A DNA stretch of 62,500 bases, filler included, from Globobulimina sp. (lineage: Eukaryota), in NCBI GenBank assembly GCA_003354225.1. It is 16 parts of 16 records of this genome, joined end to end, with 100 filler letters (N's around TTAATTAATTAA, not from the genome) between each part and the next. Parts side by side here need not be neighbours in the genome. Positions count along the whole stretch, not along the records: positions 58,693 to 62,500 come from PIVH01002061.1; 15 more parts are not named here. One strand, written 5' to 3'. Positions 60,809-62,500 of this stretch are shown here, piece by piece. The position numbers and the translations under genes were made by a program. The notes beneath the pieces were generated by a model. That model ran no database searches. It saw only the letters and a list, made by a program, of their open reading frames with translations, and was not told the DNA's origin. Numbering within the stretch: the first letter of the stretch is position 1; every line of letters starts with the position of its first letter.

Positions 60809-62149
60809 TTAGATATACAACGCTTGAATCTTATAGTTATCCGCAACTATAATTCTCCCTGTAACAGAGTCGTATTTCACAGTATATATTCCCAATGGCA
60901 GTCCACCAGACAATACATCCCTTAATGATACTTTATGTGTTACTCTCCATTCATTATTTGATTGTATTTCTTGTGGTTCAATTCTATAAAACATATAATC
61001 ATTCACAATCATATAAATTCCTCCATAATATTTATCAACATCAAATGCTAAAATCTCCATTTTTACGCCACCATATTGCTGGTTATTAACATTAGCATCC
61101 ATAGCGCCATATTTCTTACTTACCCGTTTTTTCCATGACCTTTCCAGCTCCAATAAACTCCACAAATCAATCACTTCTAACTTTACTTGAAATTGTTTTA
61201 TTTGCATTTCAATCTCATTAATTTCTTTAAAAAGTGCTTTATTTTCATCTTTTGAATTGAACTCATTTGTTTTCTGTTGCAGTCTATCATTTTTCTGTTG
61301 TTTTAATGTCAATAACTTATCAATTTCATTATAATTATCCAGTGGAACCATAGCTAATTGGATGGATACTGACGTATTACGGACAAACCACAAATGTTTG
61401 TTGTACGCATCCAATGCATACAAGCTTTTAAATATATTTCCAATATACAATGCAGGGCACAGTGCTTCTAAAACAACGGCAGAACACAAACAGGACACAT
61501 TATTCACATTATATTGGGCAATATTTACTCGATCATAGATTTGATGTAAATTTATTCTTTCATCCATTGCTTTTTGTGCGTTATTATAATCAACGAAATA
61601 TAAAACATCTCTTTGTTTATAGAATATACAAAGTAGCGCATTTCCATTACAATTGAATGTAATATCCGTGATTCTAAATTTCTGTTTTTTTTTATATTTC
61701 TCTGGAATGGTTGCAATTAATTCTAATTTATTGTTATTTGTTTTTGATTGTTTGAGTTTATAAATTGAGTGATCATCGGCAATATAAATATGCCCACTGA
61801 TTGGATGTATGCTGACTGATATTTTATGTCCAATTAAATCGGTATCACTGCAGCTTGTGTCATATAATATTGTTACATTTATACATCCGCTGCATTGTCG
61901 GGTAATCCTTGCAATCATAGAAATAAATGAATATGAGGATGATAATGTGTGTGGCTTTGATAAATATTGAACATATAAATCATAATCATCACTAATTTTG
62001 TCAATTATTTCACGAACAATATTCGATTGTTTTTGTCTTTCTTTTATGATTTCGTTTTTCCATTGTTCTGCGTTCAATGTGTTGCAGGTTGTACAGGTTG
62101 GATTTGATAATACTTTTGAAGAAGATGCAGAGGTGATACAAGTGCCCAT
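60809..62149 (-). CDS. Unknown protein with probable N-myristoylation and beta-propeller-like strands
   Basis: MGTCITS start. NHL/propeller-like segments SIHPISGHIYIADDHSIYKL and YDSVTGRIIVADNYKIQ. Confidence 0.55.
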   Translation of the reverse strand: MGTCITSASSSKVLSNPTCTTCNTLNAEQWKNEIIKERQKQSNIVREIIDKISDDYDLYVQYLSKPHTLSSSYSFISMIARITRQCSGCINVTILYDTSCSDTDLIGHKISVSIHPISGHIYIADDHSIYKLKQSKTNNNKLELIATIPEKYKKKQKFRITDITFNCNGNALLCIFYKQRDVLYFVDYNNAQKAMDERINLHQIYDRVNIAQYNVNNVSCLCSAVVLEALCPALYIGNIFKSLYALDAYNKHLWFVRNTSVSIQLAMVPLDNYNEIDKLLTLKQQKNDRLQQKTNEFNSKDENKALFKEINEIEMQIKQFQVKLEVIDLWSLLELERSWKKRVSKKYGAMDANVNNQQYGGVKMEILAFDVDKYYGGIYMIVNDYMFYRIEPQEIQSNNEWRVTHKVSLRDVLSGGLPLGIYTVKYDSVTGRIIVADNYKIQALYI

Positions 62150-62263
62150 GTTTTTGTATGTGGATTTAAGGTAGGTTTTTTGTCTCAACTTTGTACTTAA
62201 TTTCAAATCATGCATTTAAAATAAAATACAAATATATTAACAAGAATCACTTTTCATTTTGAT

Positions 62264-62372
62264 TATTTACATCATTTTACATCATTATTTACATCATTTG
62301 CACTTTAAAATTGGACCCTAGGTCCTAGGTCATGCATTCTTAGGGAATGTTGTTAAATTACGTAATTAAAAT
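62264..62372. repeat. Short non-coding repeats: (ATTTTACATC)n and twice AAAATT(G/T)GACCCTAGGTC
   Basis: Seen directly. Three CCTAGG palindromes fall within about 70 bp. Confidence 0.6.
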
Positions 62373-62500
62373 TTGACCCTAGGTCGTGTTAACACATTTT
62401 TGGGTACACCAAGTTTTGCCTATCAAAAAAGCAATATCCAACTCCACTGTGTTTACATAAAAAAACAGGACCAAACAGTAAATACACTGTTTGCCAAACA

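Noticed and set aside
1-62500. Gene neighbourhoods across spacers as operons or systems (for example H2B next to contig 2, retroelement next to formin)
   Set aside because: Adjacent contigs are unrelated, so synteny across spacers is meaningless.
1-62500. Genome-wide ciliate-type stop codon reassignment
   Set aside because: Many long ORFs have no internal TAA or TAG, and TAA, TAG and TGA all terminate genes. Only two isolated in-frame stops were seen.

Overview
The window is not one locus. It is 16 unrelated contigs of about 3.81 kb, sorted by decreasing length (3817 to 3808 bp) and joined by an artificial 100-bp spacer (N44-TTAATTAATTAA-N44). The DNA is eukaryotic, AT-rich and very gene-dense, with short GT-AG introns (mostly 50-70 nt). 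Gene content and style suggest a protist, possibly a foraminiferan or other rhizarian (inference only). Recognisable host genes: a TRP channel, an ABCC transporter, histones H2A and H2B, SMC4, two formins, a CARMIL-like LRR-RhoGAP, two sulfatases, a bacterial-type GH55, a DUF5054-like protein, a tandem SGNH hydrolase, two ADP-ribosyltransferase-fold proteins, and RCC1, SPRY, PPR and lectin proteins. There are two retroelements. (1) A very divergent Ty3/gypsy-like element whose Gag begins with a PB1-like domain and has a CCCH finger. It has a tightly constrained -1 frameshift site (G_GAU_UUU), a Tudor-like insert before the protease, and atypical DEG and IQDD motifs. (2) A DIRS/Ngaro-like element whose gag appears to carry spliceosomal intron(s). 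Other oddities: single in-frame stops inside otherwise intact TRP and ABCC genes, an H2A.X-like SQ tail hidden in the -1 frame, 55-81-bp head-to-head intergenic spacers, and a 5'-C/A to 3'-G/T skew switch along several genes that also affects introns. All family calls come from reading motifs by eye; no database searches were run.
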